Translations under genes and position numbers: made by a program
Shown: piece by piece, positions 33,303-34,289 of the stretch
Layout of the letters: every line of letters starts with the position of its first letter
How positions within the stretch are numbered: the stretch's first letter is position 1
Notes under the pieces: model-generated
Told to the model about the DNA's origin: nothing
Database searches by the model: none
What the model saw: only the letters and a program-made list of their open reading frames with translations
From: a virus
Taxonomy: Duplodnaviria; Caudoviricetes
Reading direction: 5' to 3' (one strand)
Length of the DNA: 34,289 nucleotides
IMG/VR virus record: IMGVR_UViG_3300020045_004723
Coordinates: 1 to 34,289 of that record

Positions 33303-33646
33303 ACTGAGCTAGGTAAAGTCAATATAAACCTATCGTCATTTAATGGCTTAGCGAAGTAGCCACTAATAGCGTGAGTTACCAAATAGTTACTTTTACCTAC
33401 TATTCCGCAAATTTCTTTTATAGGGATTTGCATAACAAACATTTCGCATATAAATGCTTTTGTTGCGTTATCTCTTATTGAATATCTATACCTTTTTAGT
33501 CCGTACCTAGTCCTACACCTCTGAACGCTTGTAACTGGAATACCTGTTTCTTTGGAAAGCTTTTCATCAGACATAGAAAGCCAATTGTTTTTAACAAAGT
33601 TAACCTGATCTTTTGTGTAGTTAAAAGCTCCTTTAATTCTTGCCAT
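33299..33646 (-). CDS. Tandem-HTH DNA-binding protein
   Basis: MSDEKLSKETG.P..SV......YGLKR and IPIKEIC.IVGKS..LV. Confidence 0.8.
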   Translation of the reverse strand: MARIKGAFNYTKDQVNFVKNNWLSMSDEKLSKETGIPVTSVQRCRTRYGLKRYRYSIRDNATKAFICEMFVMQIPIKEICGIVGKSNYLVTHAISGYFAKPLNDDRFILTLPSSV

Positions 33647-34287
33647 TAATTCATATCCTCCATTGCTTTGTAAATAGCCTTAATATACTTACGAGATAAA
33701 CTATTTGTGCAGTCGTTAAAAATTACTCCATCTAACTTAACCGTTGCCGTTAAACCTACCAAATCCAAAATGATTTCTTTCGGCTTTTGCGCTTCAATCC
33801 AATCGAGGGCTTTTTCATCATCGTGAAATTTTTTAATAATAATATCTGATTCAGGTTCTTTATATTCCCCTAGCTTAAATCTACCATACCTAAAATATTT
33901 ATTATTAAATCCTACGGCTAAAGTAAATTCATCTCCCTCAAAAAGCTCTACACCATCTTCACTTACCATTAAAGGTACTCTAATTCCCTTATCCTTTGCG
34001 AAGTCGGTAAAATGGATTATTTGGTAATAATCCGAATAGTTTCCTCCTATCCCGTAAAAGTCATTTTTGAATGCAAAACCAAAAGGCTTCTCAGTCCAAT
34101 AATCATATTTTATATCTGTTGCTTTCTCGCCGCCATCACACCATACGTATCCCAACGAATCATAATATTTCATCAAAGCATTAAACTCTTTCTCGTTATC
34201 AACCCTAACCGCAAGCTTTTCTGGAGTAGATAGCAAATCCACTAATTGGCCAAAAGTTATTTCTTTATTTTTTATACCCCCTTTACC
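33646..34287 (-). CDS. Hypothetical protein, probably 5'-truncated by the window edge
   Basis: The frame stays open upstream of 34242 (GKGGIKNKEITFGQLV) to the window end. Confidence 0.8.
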   Translation of the reverse strand, partial: GKGGIKNKEITFGQLVDLLSTPEKLAVRVDNEKEFNALMKYYDSLGYVWCDGGEKATDIKYDYWTEKPFGFAFKNDFYGIGGNYSDYYQIIHFTDFAKDKGIRVPLMVSEDGVELFEGDEFTLAVGFNNKYFRYGRFKLGEYKEPESDIIIKKFHDDEKALDWIEAQKPKEIILDLVGLTATVKLDGVIFNDCTNSLSRKYIKAIYKAMEDMN

Positions 34288-34289
34288 TC

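Noticed and set aside
7512-34233. Numerous plus-strand ORFs within structural and replication genes (e.g. 8775, 15582, 20316, 22464, 30888)
   Set aside because: Antisense shadows of well-supported minus-strand genes.
1-34289. Genome-wide stop-codon reassignment
   Set aside because: All core genes are intact in the standard code and several end normally in TAG; only the 5545..5658 leader has an internal amber.
1-34289. CRISPR array, tRNA, rRNA, integrase or att site
   Set aside because: No repeat-spacer periodicity, cloverleaf or recombinase motif recognised; lifestyle cannot be determined from this window.

Overview
The whole 34.3 kb window is part of a tailed dsDNA phage or prophage genome of low GC, with an HK97-type capsid and a non-contractile tail. 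The host is almost certainly Bacteroidota, judging from TAnnTTTG -7 promoter boxes, AT-rich ribosome-binding regions without Shine-Dalgarno, Q-rule signal peptides and SprB/BspA-like modules. Read on the minus strand from 34289 to about 4400 it encodes, in order: small early/middle genes, C5 and N6/N4 DNA methyltransferases, a Cro-like HTH, a GIY-YIG nuclease, a replication initiator with internal iterons, a DnaB-like helicase and a VRR-NUC nuclease; the terminase, portal, MuF-like head protein, prohead protease, capsid, neck, tail tube, frameshifted tail chaperones and tape measure; two tail-tip genes and three fibre-like genes; then a membrane-protein module and a lysis module. Positions 1-4400 hold accessory genes around a divergent promoter pair with an unannotated ribbon-helix-helix regulator. 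No integrase, tRNA, CRISPR array or reverse transcriptase is visible. The most unusual stretch is 5500-10300: (1) two fibre-like genes carry Sec signal peptides; (2) a hidden, separately promoted 45-aa two-Cys peptide is coupled to three membrane proteins; (3) an amber-interrupted leader ORF abuts the endolysin start; (4) no recognisable spanin is present. Family assignments come from motif recognition by eye, not from database searches.
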